Shown here one piece after another: positions 20,668 to 30,595 of a DNA stretch of 64,000 nucleotides. The notes beneath the pieces are model-generated. The model was not told the origin of the DNA. It was given only the letters and a program-made list of their open reading frames with translations, and did no database searches. Source of the DNA: a virus; the IMG/VR virus record IMGVR_UViG_3300048929_000741, positions 14,351-78,350 of that record. The stretch is one strand, 5' to 3'. The stretch's first letter is position 1; every line of letters starts with the position of its first letter. The position numbers and the translations under genes are program-made.

Positions 20668-21126
20668 GTGATAGACCTTACAGGAAAGTTTATAACCACT
20701 ACGACAAATGAAGAAAGTGAAAGATTGCTTAGAATGGCATCTGCACGAGGATATAGAACAGATATTGGATTGAAAGTGTTGGTCAACAAAAGACTTTTCC
20801 ATTTTTCTGAGTTTCCTAAATGGATAACTACACCGGCTTATTTTCATATACCGGATAATGCTTATACATACCAGGAATTATTCGGAGAAGAAGATGAGGA
20901 AATGAGCAGAATATTATCTGATTCATTACGATTCTGCCGGGCGCATGGATATAGCCTTTTCAGGATTTACGTAGATGATGAGACCATGTCATTCAAGGGG
21001 AAAGCGATAGCCAAAGGAGATTCAGGAGATCGTAAAGAGATTGAAAAGAGTATTGGTAAGCCAATTAAACTTTCAAAGGCTGACATTGAACTGCTTGTAG
21101 GATGTCCTGTGGAGATCGTTTCTTAG
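20668..21126 (+). CDS. Hypothetical phage protein
   Basis: ORF with RBS; C-terminal 'IELLVGCPVEIV'. Confidence 0.6.
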   Translation: MIDLTGKFITTTTNEESERLLRMASARGYRTDIGLKVLVNKRLFHFSEFPKWITTPAYFHIPDNAYTYQELFGEEDEEMSRILSDSLRFCRAHGYSLFRIYVDDETMSFKGKAIAKGDSGDRKEIEKSIGKPIKLSKADIELLVGCPVEIVS

Positions 21127-21187
21127 AAAAGTAATTCTCAAAAATTTTAAAATTTATAAAAAGGCCTTTCCTCAGGAGGATACATTA

Positions 21188-21634
21188 ATGTTTAATCGAA
21201 AACTATTGTTTGCCAAAAGGCATAGAGGAACTTTCCTGTTTGCATTTGTGAACTTCAAAACTCAGGAATGTTATGAATGGTATATTCAGTTCTCTTTAAA
21301 GAACCCCTGGTGGATCCCTAAATATGATCCATATTACCTGAATGGGAAGTGGCCGTTAGCCGGTTGGTTGTTTTTCTATTTTGGCAGACATACCAGAGGA
21401 GCAATCATTCCATGTATGGAACGCGAGATTCCCGAAGGCAAGAAGCCCATTATTGATAAAACTGGTAAGAAGTATATGATTTACAATCTTCCTGATGAAG
21501 AACTGGCCAGAAATTTCCGGAGGACGATTCTCCGGTATAACTGCAATGTAGAGATTGAAAAAGATGGGGATACGGTGACAGTTGTGAATCGTGTTCAGTC
21601 CAGAAGATGGATTTCAAATTTTCTTAAAAAATAA
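21188..21634 (+). CDS. Hypothetical phage protein
   Basis: GGAGG RBS. Confidence 0.6.
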   Translation: MFNRKLLFAKRHRGTFLFAFVNFKTQECYEWYIQFSLKNPWWIPKYDPYYLNGKWPLAGWLFFYFGRHTRGAIIPCMEREIPEGKKPIIDKTGKKYMIYNLPDEELARNFRRTILRYNCNVEIEKDGDTVTVVNRVQSRRWISNFLKK

Positions 21635-21650
21635 AAAAGGGTTGTATGCT

Positions 21651-21836
21651 ATGAAGAAAAAACTGTACATGGCAGTAGAGACCGATGAATATGAGCTGCC
21701 GCTTTATGTGGCAGATACTTCAAGAGAACTGGCTGACTGGTCTGGATTAAGTATTGGATATATATTGAGTGCTATATCACACGGCTATTCCGGAAAGAAA
21801 GCTGGAATGAAGTTTCTGAGAATTGAAGTTGAATAG
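21651..21836 (+). CDS. Small phage DNA-binding-like protein
   Basis: YMAVETDEYELPLYVADT..ELA pattern common in Firmicute phages. Confidence 0.6.
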   Translation: MKKKLYMAVETDEYELPLYVADTSRELADWSGLSIGYILSAISHGYSGKKAGMKFLRIEVE

Positions 21837-21875
21837 GAGAAATTAATTATAACTAAACCAATAGGCAAGCGCCCA

Positions 21876-22856
21876 TTAGTTTAGCCGAATATTACATTTA
21901 GTCGTATAATCATTTATTTCAAGATATGCATAAAAAGAAGAACCCGCTTTATTTATTTGATATCTTTGGTATGCACTACCTGTAACCTTATTTAAGTCAA
22001 CAATGTTTAATGATAATAATAACGGGCAAATATTTTTCCTTACAAAATCGATTTCTGGTAATGATTTATTATTGGCCGTTTTAATACTAATTAACCCCGT
22101 ACATAACTTTCCAAAAAAAGCAATAAATATATCTAAAAAAGACGCATTAATATTTCCATCTGTAGTGGGTAGATCATAATATTTACTATTCATTAAATTG
22201 ATGAGTTCTGGATAAGGTATTCCGTTTATTGATTGAGTAGTATTCTTGTTTATTTTTAGTTTTTCGTTTTCTTTAACTAATTTCAGGTTTTCTGCAGCTA
22301 ACGTAGTGTTATTTTTTAAGAGTTTAGTTAATTCTTGATTACCAGTATCTTTAATCCAACCGGATAATTTGTATGTGCTTTGAAATTCACTTAGAGTTGT
22401 GAGAACAGCAATTTTAATATCCTTACAATCTTCTACTGGACGAATTACTTTACTCATGACATATTTTTTAAATGATTGATACTTCCCAGGCTCAATTTGC
22501 TCTATTGTGTTAGATAAGCCTAAAATTGCAGCTTTTTCTGTCAGCCAACTTTCTTTTATTAGAACTGCAAATACAGGGATTTTCTTCTTGATAGCATAGC
22601 GGTATTCGAGTTCAGTATAACTTAAACCAGAATTTATTTCTATGGAACCATATCGTCCACCAAGAATTAACATATATACATCTGATTCATCAATCCATTT
22701 ATATATTGTATTTAATTGTGACTGATTGCCAGCTTTGAATAATTCCATGCCTGCAGGAATATGACCAGCATCAAGGATCGCTTGTACGGCAGCCTGTCTT
22801 TCTTCTATCAGATCAGTATATGTTGAAGATACAAAAACCTGTAATTTTTTATCCAT
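21876..22856 (-). CDS. DUF4062-domain protein (moron, defence candidate)
   Basis: QVFVSSTYTDL.EER, GMELF, GGRYGS, SYTELEY. Confidence 0.85.
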   Translation of the reverse strand: MDKKLQVFVSSTYTDLIEERQAAVQAILDAGHIPAGMELFKAGNQSQLNTIYKWIDESDVYMLILGGRYGSIEINSGLSYTELEYRYAIKKKIPVFAVLIKESWLTEKAAILGLSNTIEQIEPGKYQSFKKYVMSKVIRPVEDCKDIKIAVLTTLSEFQSTYKLSGWIKDTGNQELTKLLKNNTTLAAENLKLVKENEKLKINKNTTQSINGIPYPELINLMNSKYYDLPTTDGNINASFLDIFIAFFGKLCTGLISIKTANNKSLPEIDFVRKNICPLLLSLNIVDLNKVTGSAYQRYQINKAGSSFYAYLEINDYTTKCNIRLN

Positions 22857-22970
22857 TTAATGCTACCCCCCTCTTTGTAAACTATAACAATTATACTTCA
22901 TTATTAGGGATAAAGCAATTTTAAAAGAAGTATTTAGTCTATAAAAAATAAAATAATAGGAGGGTTATTT

Positions 22971-23222
22971 ATGTTTGATAAGACCATTAATAATTTTAGA
23001 GCCGGGAGGCTCCGAGAAGCTGCAACTATTATCAGTAATGAGTTTATGCAGAAAGGTGACTGGTACAATGCTTTAGTAGCCTCTATCCATGGATATTTAC
23101 AGGAAACCGATGGCTCAATTCCTTATGATCAGATGGCGCTGGAATTAGCAAACAGGATAGTTGGTATAGAACCAGATCCTGTAGAAGATACAGAATGCGG
23201 TTCTGAAGACTATGAATTTTGA
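22971..23222 (+). CDS. Hypothetical phage protein
   Basis: GGAGG RBS. Confidence 0.6.
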   Translation: MFDKTINNFRAGRLREAATIISNEFMQKGDWYNALVASIHGYLQETDGSIPYDQMALELANRIVGIEPDPVEDTECGSEDYEF

Positions 23223-23234
23223 AAGGGGATATCC

Positions 23235-23627
23235 ATGGATAAAAAAGAATTAGCCCATATAATTAATGGTCGGGAATATGGCTATGAGATCTTCAGAGAC
23301 GTGCGTCGCGCTGCCATAGATGCCGGTCTGGTTATCGTAAGCGGTGCTTCTGATGACTTGATTGAGTTTGATGGAGCTATTTATGATGAAGGCGGTTGCT
23401 TTGATGGTAGAAAAGTATATTTTGACCGGAATGGCGTTTCGCAAGATGGTTCAGAACGGGCAAACTGTATTGAAGCCTTCTGGTGCGATAAAGCCGCATT
23501 AGATGAAAATGGTAATGTGATTCCATGGACATATAAAACGGATATCCCTCATGAAACATTTATGATTTATGAAGACGGGGAGCCGTATTGTAAGGGTATC
23601 GTGTTTGATTTGTTAGATGTGAAGTAG
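23235..23627 (+). CDS. Conserved phage protein
   Basis: GASDDLIEF.G ... WTYKTDIPHETF.IYEDGE.YC.GIVF pattern. Confidence 0.7.
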   Translation: MDKKELAHIINGREYGYEIFRDVRRAAIDAGLVIVSGASDDLIEFDGAIYDEGGCFDGRKVYFDRNGVSQDGSERANCIEAFWCDKAALDENGNVIPWTYKTDIPHETFMIYEDGEPYCKGIVFDLLDVK

Positions 23628-23638
23628 GAGGTAAGATT

Positions 23639-23803
23639 TTGGAAGTTTTGAAGTGGATTGTAACAGTTTGGAATGTATTTATGGCGGTATTTATCTGTTG
23701 GTTTTCCAGAGGAATGACTTGGAAAAGAGAAAAAGCAGCTATGATCGGATTTGGATTGATGGCAATTATGTATGTTCTGGCCTTGGCGCCAATTTGGAGA
23801 TAA
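23639..23803 (+). CDS. Small two-TM membrane protein
   Basis: TTG after GGAGG; hydrophobic 54 aa. Confidence 0.5.
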   Translation: MEVLKWIVTVWNVFMAVFICWFSRGMTWKREKAAMIGFGLMAIMYVLALAPIWR

Positions 23804-23806
23804 CTG

Positions 23807-24544
23807 ATGGACAAAACAAAGATTGATTGGTGTGATAGCAGCTGGAATCCGGTAACGGGTTGTCTACATAATTGCGAATATTGTTACGCAAGGAGTATTG
23901 CTAATCGTTTTGGCTTTCATACTAGCGAACCAGATATAAGTGAAAGAATCTTAGAAGAGGTTCCGATAAGTAGAGGTAAGAAAGTCCCATACCTATTTGA
24001 TTTTCAGCCGACTTTACACAAATATCGCCTTGATGAGTACCTGTATAAAAAAGGCAGAAATATTTTTGTCTGTTCCATGGCTGATCTATTTGGCGAATGG
24101 GTTCCGGATTCTTGGATTAATGAGGTTATGAGTGGATGTCAAAATGCTCCTCAGCACAATTATCTATTTCTTACAAAGAATCCAGTTCGATATGCTAAAT
24201 TGGCGGCTAAAGAACTTCTTCCAAAGAAGAATAATATGTGGTATGGATTTTCATGCACAAGGCCTGGATATACAGGGTGGTTTAACAAGCGGTTCAATAC
24301 ATTCGCAAGCATTGAGCCGATATTAGAACCGTTAGAAATTCCGGTAGTTGATTGGGTGATTGTTGGAGCGGAGACGGGTAGGCGAAAAGATAAAGTCATT
24401 CCAAAGCGTGAATGGATTGAAGATATTGTTAGTCAGTGTGCAAAATCTGACATTCCTGTATTCATGAAGTCCAGTCTATCAGAAATATGGGGACAGCCTT
24501 TAATTCAGGAATTTCCAGAGCAGTTAAGGAGGCCGGGAATATGA
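23807..24544 (+). CDS. Phage Gp37/Gp68 (DUF5131) family protein
   Basis: TKIDW.D.SWNPVTGC...C.YCYA, SMADLF, LTKNP, DWVIVGAE. Confidence 0.85.
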   Translation: MDKTKIDWCDSSWNPVTGCLHNCEYCYARSIANRFGFHTSEPDISERILEEVPISRGKKVPYLFDFQPTLHKYRLDEYLYKKGRNIFVCSMADLFGEWVPDSWINEVMSGCQNAPQHNYLFLTKNPVRYAKLAAKELLPKKNNMWYGFSCTRPGYTGWFNKRFNTFASIEPILEPLEIPVVDWVIVGAETGRRKDKVIPKREWIEDIVSQCAKSDIPVFMKSSLSEIWGQPLIQEFPEQLRRPGI

Positions 24545-24846
24545 TTTGCTTCACAGAACAGCAGAAACAGGAAATAGTACATACAGGAATACTGGTAATC
24601 GAATTTAAGAGGTCAATATTGAGGGCCTGTGAAGTACTGAAAGACATGTTTATGTTTGTCAAAGATGTATTTCTTCAAATTGCAGACAAAATCTCCAAAT
24701 GCGTGCAGGTGATTCGGAAAGAATATCGAGATGTGCCGCCAAAGAAAAAATATAAGGTTATCAGCAAGCTGGACAAGTGCGGATTTACAGAAAAGGAAAT
24801 AAACTTGATGGTAGGCGGTGTATACCACTGCCGGAATAATTGTTAG
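24541..24846 (+). CDS. Hypothetical phage protein
   Basis: ATGA overlap with upstream gene. Confidence 0.55.
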   Translation: MICFTEQQKQEIVHTGILVIEFKRSILRACEVLKDMFMFVKDVFLQIADKISKCVQVIRKEYRDVPPKKKYKVISKLDKCGFTEKEINLMVGGVYHCRNNC

Positions 24847-24939
24847 AGAGGATGTAAGATAAATTGATTTTTACATATTTGGGAATTGTCCTGTTCTTCA
24901 CGTTCGAATGGGTTAAATTCATAAAATTAGATTCACTGA

Positions 24940-25620
24940 CTTTATCCGAACGGCTTAGCGGTGCCTGGATAATAGACAGTTCGAGGCACCCAGTTTAGAT
25001 GGTGTCTGTATCGAAGAAAAGTGCTGAATATAATGATTATACCGCTTAAAGCAGTTAGTAATTGTTACAGACGATGGCAACGCAGTAATGACGGTAAGTT
25101 GCTGAGAAGTCCGTTAGAGTGAAATATCCTCATGGCTGAATGCTAATTAAGGGCCGTCACTGGCCCGTGGGAATTTGCCCGGAAACGGGCATTGGCGTAT
25201 TTACCTTTCGCCTCATAGCTGTTTGCTGTTAAGGCGGAGTGAATCCCCCGTGAGGTTTTTATCCTTATCTCCACTTAGTGGGATTTCCTGCATGAAGTCC
25301 TGTCGATGGGTGATGTATGGGATAGCAGGTATTAGTTTTATGATGGTTAAAACAGGCTGAAGCGTATGTAAAGACATGCAGGTTCAGGTTCACATACATA
25401 CGTCAGGAAGCAAGACGTGCGGTTCGATTCCGCATATACCTGTTGGAAATAATCTGGCTTAGTCAGTCAGAAAATTTCAAGTAAGAGGTTGCAAACTCTT
25501 GCGTGATTGCGGTGGTGGTTCAAATCCACAATCCTGTTATATGAGTATGTGTGAGGCTAACATTGAAAGTTTGGCAGGTAAGGCGTAGGATAATCGCAGG
25601 TTCGACTCCTGCCACTGTAA
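24940..25620 (+). ncRNA. Large structured noncoding RNA locus with tRNA-like modules
   Basis: Pseudoknot 24942-24990, GAAA-tetraloop hairpin 25176-25191, three T-arm hairpins (25418, 25515, 25596), tRNA-like fold 25326-25442. Confidence 0.55.
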
Positions 25621-25695
25621 TTTGCACATTGGAAATTGAATATTGATGGTTGGTGAGTTATAATGTACTCAAACACAAATGATGAGGGGGTTCTT

Positions 25696-26694
25696 ATGGA
25701 TAAGCGATATCAGGTATTTATAAGTTCTACATTTACCGATTTGAAAGAAGAAAGAAAGGCTATTATTGAAGGACTTTTAAATGCGAAGTATATACCTTCA
25801 GGGATGGAAATGTTCTCAGCTTCTAATGATGAGCAATTTAAGTACATAAAGAAAATTATTGATACTTGTGATTATTATGTTCTTATTGTGGGGGCAAGAT
25901 ATGGTTCGATTAATTCCACCACAGGTAAAAGTTTTACTGAACAGGAATATGATTATGCTATTAAAAAGGGGATTCCAGTGTTAGCTTTTCTACATGATGA
26001 TCCTTATAATCTTCCAGCTGAAAAACGAGAAGATGAAAAAAAAGAACTATTAGAAAAATTTAGAAATAAGGTTTTAAATGCTGATCGGTTATGCAAGATG
26101 TGGCATTCGTCATCTGAGCTTACATCATTGGTTATAATAAGCCTTGTTGAAGAAGTAGCAGAAAATCCGCAGATGGGTTGGATAAGAGGTGATATTGCTG
26201 ATACAACTGAATTGCTGTCTCAAATAAATATGTTAAGGAATAAAAATGATGATTTAAAAAAAGAATATGATAACTTGAAAAAAGAATATGAGTTCTTAAT
26301 AACTCCTGTAAATGATAATATTGCATCAGGAGATGATGTATTTGAAGTTATTGGAGAAAAAGAAGCTTATTTGTATGATGATGATTCGTGGCTCGAGGAA
26401 ACAAGAAAAGAATTTACTTGGAAGGAAATTTTTTCTGCAGTAGGTCCATATTTGTTTGTACAACGAATATATGATGATTTCACATATTACTTGAGAGAAT
26501 CATTAAATTCTGCGTATGATTTTAATTTTATAAAATTGAATGATAATTGCGTTCAAGTCATAAAAATTCAATTATGCGTTTTAGGTCTTATTGAGATAAA
26601 TAATATGAAATTTAATGGAGCAGATGTAGAGGGAATTGTTATTACAGAAAGAGGTAAGACGTATTTATTAGAAATAAAAACAGTTAAGAAGTGA
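25696..26694 (+). CDS. DUF4062-domain protein (moron, defence candidate)
   Basis: QVFISSTFTDL.EER, GMEMF, GARYGS, SFTEQEY; promoter TTGAAT-17-TATAAT 25636-25664. Confidence 0.85.
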   Translation: MDKRYQVFISSTFTDLKEERKAIIEGLLNAKYIPSGMEMFSASNDEQFKYIKKIIDTCDYYVLIVGARYGSINSTTGKSFTEQEYDYAIKKGIPVLAFLHDDPYNLPAEKREDEKKELLEKFRNKVLNADRLCKMWHSSSELTSLVIISLVEEVAENPQMGWIRGDIADTTELLSQINMLRNKNDDLKKEYDNLKKEYEFLITPVNDNIASGDDVFEVIGEKEAYLYDDDSWLEETRKEFTWKEIFSAVGPYLFVQRIYDDFTYYLRESLNSAYDFNFIKLNDNCVQVIKIQLCVLGLIEINNMKFNGADVEGIVITERGKTYLLEIKTVKK

Positions 26695-26739
26695 CTTACA
26701 CTACCAACCATCAATATTCGGTGGTTGGTTTTTTGGCGA

Positions 26740-27303
26740 TTAAATAAGTTTATCACTTAGATTTCTAATGCTTCGATTAATTTGTTTTAATCCAGAGACT
26801 TCGTTTTTTATCTCTGGATCATTATGCAATGTATGATTTTTGAATGTTAAGTCAATTACATAATTTTCTGTATATGCTTTGCCACATGTTTCTTAACATA
26901 TTTCTACCTCAAAAGAATCGAAGGTCAATTTTGATAGTTCAAAAGAAGATTTAATATGTTGCTTAGGTGCTAAAAAGATATTTTTGAGTTGAGAAAAATT
27001 GAATTCTTTTAAATTTGGCTTACCTACACTTTCCCAACTTAACTCAGGGGAGAAATTAATATATTTTAATTTTGCAGGAGAATTACCAAAGTTTTTAAGT
27101 ACTAAATATGACAATGCTTCTACGGCACTGTAGTCTAAATAAAAAACCAATTGTCCTCTGTTTTGTTCAAAAAATTGATTTTGGATTTCTTTTAAGTTTT
27201 TATATGTATAGACTATGGCAATTATTGAACATATGGTGGCCGTGAAACTAAAAAGGATACCTATGGATTGCAAAAGCAAATCATAATGTTCGTATGGTGA
27301 CAT
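26740..27303 (-). pseudogene. Membrane-anchored moron gene with internal TAA
   Basis: Frame continues past TAA 26893-26895 (ETCGKAYTENYVIDL...DKLI) to stop 26740-26742. Confidence 0.55.
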
Positions 27304-27381
27304 GATTTTTTCTCCTTTGTAAAGTATATATATGATTATAGCACAAGGTATAATTTATTCAATAATAGAAGAGGTGATTTT

Positions 27382-27573
27382 ATGGATCTTGAAAAGGTAA
27401 TGAATCCCCCTGAAGATGGGTTTGACGGGCAGGCAGATATAAAATTGGGCTGGATTATTTGCCCTTATTGCGCAAAAAAGCAATTCAAGGTTAATTCAGA
27501 TACAAGGATTGAGAAAATGCCGCATAAGTGCAAGAATAGCAAGTGTCAACGAGAGTTTATTGTAAATGTATAA
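27382..27573 (+). CDS. Zn-finger protein (Com-like)
   Basis: CPYC...CKNSKC. Confidence 0.65.
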   Translation: MDLEKVMNPPEDGFDGQADIKLGWIICPYCAKKQFKVNSDTRIEKMPHKCKNSKCQREFIVNV

Positions 27574-27656
27574 TTAAATTTAATCGTCTGATTTAAATAT
27601 AGAGCCTTATGAGCCTTCAGACCTTTGTTAAACACAAGGGAAAGGAGGCTTTTTCT

Positions 27657-29372
27657 ATGGATTTCCATGGACACCGGGAAATAATCAAAAAATTAAAGCG
27701 GCAGATTGAAGCGCCGCCGTCTTACGACATTCTAAATATTCTACTATCAGAACTCCAATATACAATGCAAGATAATCCAGATCTGCCGGTTGAGGATAGG
27801 GACTTCATCATGGCCTATTCCGGGTTTATCAAAAAATGGGCTGTTACAAGATTCGTTCAGACCATGGACACCAGATGGGATGATCTCTACTGGAAGACTT
27901 TACATTTTGAAGCTCCTTTCCTTTTTGAATCATTTTTGATTTATATGGAAAAAGATCGGAAGGCAGATAAACGGTTTTATCTCCCACGGCGCAACACGCT
28001 AAAAGTGGTTGCCGATGATCTTCAGGATCTAGAAGATAATAAACTTGACTTCTACGGTCTCTCAATGCCCTCTCGAGTCGGAAAGAGTACTATCTGTATT
28101 TTCTTCATGGCCTGGATTATTGGAAAGCGGCCAGACAGCCATAATGCCATGGGCGGCCACTCCGGGAAGCTGGCAAAGGGTTTCTATGGTGAGGCCATAA
28201 ATCTTATAAACACAAAGGAATATACCTTTGCGGAGATATTTCCAGATTCTAAGTTACAGAAGACAAGTGCAGAGGATTTTGAAATCAACCTGGGCGAGCC
28301 AGATCGCTTCGCCAGTCTTACATGTCGTGGTATTGATGGAACATGGACCGGAGCTGTTGATATATCTGCAGATGGCTATCTTTATGTAGATGACCTTATT
28401 CGTGACCGTGAGCATTCTTTGAACCCAATCCGTATGGAAAATACCTATCAAGAGTACCTAAACAAGATGGTTGACCGTAAAAATGATGGGGCCAGGGAAC
28501 TAATGGTGGGGACCAGGTGGTCCATTTTAGATTGTTTGGGAAGAATCGAAAAAGAAAATTCTCATAACCCACGATATAGGTTTAGAAAAATACCAGCATT
28601 AAACGAAGATGATGAATCAAACTTTCAGTACGAAATAAAAGGATTTTCAACAAAATATTATCGTGACATGAAGGATAGGCTAGACAAAAACGAATGGGAA
28701 GCAAAATACCAACAACGGCCATTTATTCGTGAAGGATTGTTGTTTCCAGAAGATGAACTTCGATTCTTTTATGGAATATTACCGGAGAGTGGGTTTATTC
28801 GTGTTGTGACGGCAGGTGATGTGGCATGGGGCGGCGGAGATAGTTTCTCCATGCCTATTGGTTTTGAATATGAGAACGGTGATGTCTATATTGTAGACTG
28901 GGTATTTAACAAAGGGGTAAAAGAGATTACCATACCGATTGTTGAAGGAAAAATCGTAGGAAATAAAATTCAGCAGATAAATTTTGAAGCAAACAATGGT
29001 GGTGAGATGTACGCCAAATATGTGAATGATGATTTAATTCGTCAAGGATATAAATGTTCTATAACATCAACTAAAGCCCCATCAACTATGGCAAAGCTGG
29101 CAAAAATTATTCAGTATTCTGGGGATATTAAGAGACGGTTTATTTTCCTGGCACCAAACTCCTTGATAAAAAGACATGCAGAGAATGATCTACCAGATAT
29201 AAAGCGATATATGCGTACCAGGGAATACGATGATGCAATGGAAGAACTTACGTTATTTGTTCAAATTGGCAAGAATGAGCATGATGACAGCCCGGACAGC
29301 TTGAGTCAGCTGGAAAGATTCTTAGAAGGTGGTTTTACTGCAGAAGTGAAACCTATGAAACGACCATTTTAG
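27657..29372 (+). CDS. terL: Terminase large subunit
   Basis: SMPSRVGKS Walker A, YVDDL Walker B, GTRW, YQQRP, FEANNGG, HDDSPD nuclease motif. Confidence 0.93.
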   Translation: MDFHGHREIIKKLKRQIEAPPSYDILNILLSELQYTMQDNPDLPVEDRDFIMAYSGFIKKWAVTRFVQTMDTRWDDLYWKTLHFEAPFLFESFLIYMEKDRKADKRFYLPRRNTLKVVADDLQDLEDNKLDFYGLSMPSRVGKSTICIFFMAWIIGKRPDSHNAMGGHSGKLAKGFYGEAINLINTKEYTFAEIFPDSKLQKTSAEDFEINLGEPDRFASLTCRGIDGTWTGAVDISADGYLYVDDLIRDREHSLNPIRMENTYQEYLNKMVDRKNDGARELMVGTRWSILDCLGRIEKENSHNPRYRFRKIPALNEDDESNFQYEIKGFSTKYYRDMKDRLDKNEWEAKYQQRPFIREGLLFPEDELRFFYGILPESGFIRVVTAGDVAWGGGDSFSMPIGFEYENGDVYIVDWVFNKGVKEITIPIVEGKIVGNKIQQINFEANNGGEMYAKYVNDDLIRQGYKCSITSTKAPSTMAKLAKIIQYSGDIKRRFIFLAPNSLIKRHAENDLPDIKRYMRTREYDDAMEELTLFVQIGKNEHDDSPDSLSQLERFLEGGFTAEVKPMKRPF

Positions 29373-29383
29373 GAGGGAATAAA

Positions 29384-30133
29384 ATGTCACGATATTTGAA
29401 AAATCCGATAAAAGAAAATCGAAGACTTTGGAACATATATCATGGAATGAAAAAGAGATGCCTCTCTCCCAACTGTGATAGATATAAGGATTATGGTGGA
29501 AGAGGAATTACTATATGCCATGATTGGCTTTTAAGCTTTGATAATTTTGCGGATTGGGCAAAAGAAAACGGTTACTTTGAGGGTCTCACAATTGAAAGAA
29601 AAAACGTAGATGGAAATTATGACCCTGAAAATTGTAAGTGGATTACTTTGAAGCAACAGGCAAGAAATAAGAGAGAGACGATAAAGGTGAAATATCGGGG
29701 GAAAGAGAAACCTTTAATTGAATGGTGTGAAGAACTAGGTTTAGAATATGATACCATGCACGACAGAATAATTAATCGAGGTTGGAATATAGATAAGGCA
29801 TTTACAACACCCTCACAACAAGAAAATTCATTTCTAAGCCGGTGTAAGACACATGGTATGAATCCTGCAACAGTTCATGATAGGGTTTATAAGTTTGGCT
29901 GGCCCTTGGAAAAAGCGTTGTCTACTCCATGTTTGGGCAGAGGTGCAAATTCAAAATCATATAATCCGGAGCAGTTTGGATATGCAAATTGCATAGTTTG
30001 TGGATCAAATTTTTTGCGTAACAGCGGTAAGCAGATATATTGCGGAGAACGCTGCAGAAACATAACTAAGCGTACCAGCTTCAAAAGAACAGGTTTGATA
30101 TATGACGGGCGAACAAGTAGGGGAATGAAATAA
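29384..30133 (+). CDS. HNH-type homing endonuclease-like protein
   Basis: YKDYGGRGI, TIER.NVDGNY.PENCKW...QARN. Confidence 0.8.
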   Translation: MSRYLKNPIKENRRLWNIYHGMKKRCLSPNCDRYKDYGGRGITICHDWLLSFDNFADWAKENGYFEGLTIERKNVDGNYDPENCKWITLKQQARNKRETIKVKYRGKEKPLIEWCEELGLEYDTMHDRIINRGWNIDKAFTTPSQQENSFLSRCKTHGMNPATVHDRVYKFGWPLEKALSTPCLGRGANSKSYNPEQFGYANCIVCGSNFLRNSGKQIYCGERCRNITKRTSFKRTGLIYDGRTSRGMK

Positions 30134-30142
30134 ATCTATAGA

Positions 30143-30595
30143 ATGGAGGATTTGATTATGAAATTAACGAGGGAATATTTGGCTACTTATACATACCTGG
30201 AATCTGAAATTAAGCGTCTCAGGCGCAGAATAAAATACTATGAAAATAATCCATTGACTTCTGAATATGGAATTGTGAAAGGATCTCTGAAGCAGTTCCC
30301 ATTTACAGAATGCCATTTTGTGGTTTCCGGTGCAAGTGTAAAATCAAATGAGGAAAGAGAAAAGATGGTACGGCAGCTCCTGATTGATTTAAAAGGAAAT
30401 GAGCAGCTGTTTGAGGACATGAAACTTGAAATAGAATGTTTTCTTGAAAAGTTACCTGTAGAGGAAGTTGAAATAAAGCATATTCTGGCTATGAAATATA
30501 TTGAAAGAATTTCTGAAAATGATATAGCAAATGAACTAGGATATGAGAGAAGGACTATTGGGAAAAAAATAGATAGATTTTTACCTAAACAATGA
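30143..30595 (+). CDS. Late transcriptional activator (ArpU/RinA-like)
   Basis: C-terminal MKYIE..SE.DIA.ELGYERRTI HTH; position after terL. Confidence 0.75.
   Translation: MEDLIMKLTREYLATYTYLESEIKRLRRRIKYYENNPLTSEYGIVKGSLKQFPFTECHFVVSGASVKSNEEREKMVRQLLIDLKGNEQLFEDMKLEIECFLEKLPVEEVEIKHILAMKYIERISENDIANELGYERRTIGKKIDRFLPKQ

Noticed and set aside
25175-25360. 61-aa ORF in the structured locus
   Set aside because: TTG start inside a hairpin, no RBS; RNA structure explains the region better.
25480-25612. Canonical tRNA genes (e.g. Cys from the TTGCAAA loop)
   Set aside because: No complete cloverleaf or CCA could be built around these T-arms.
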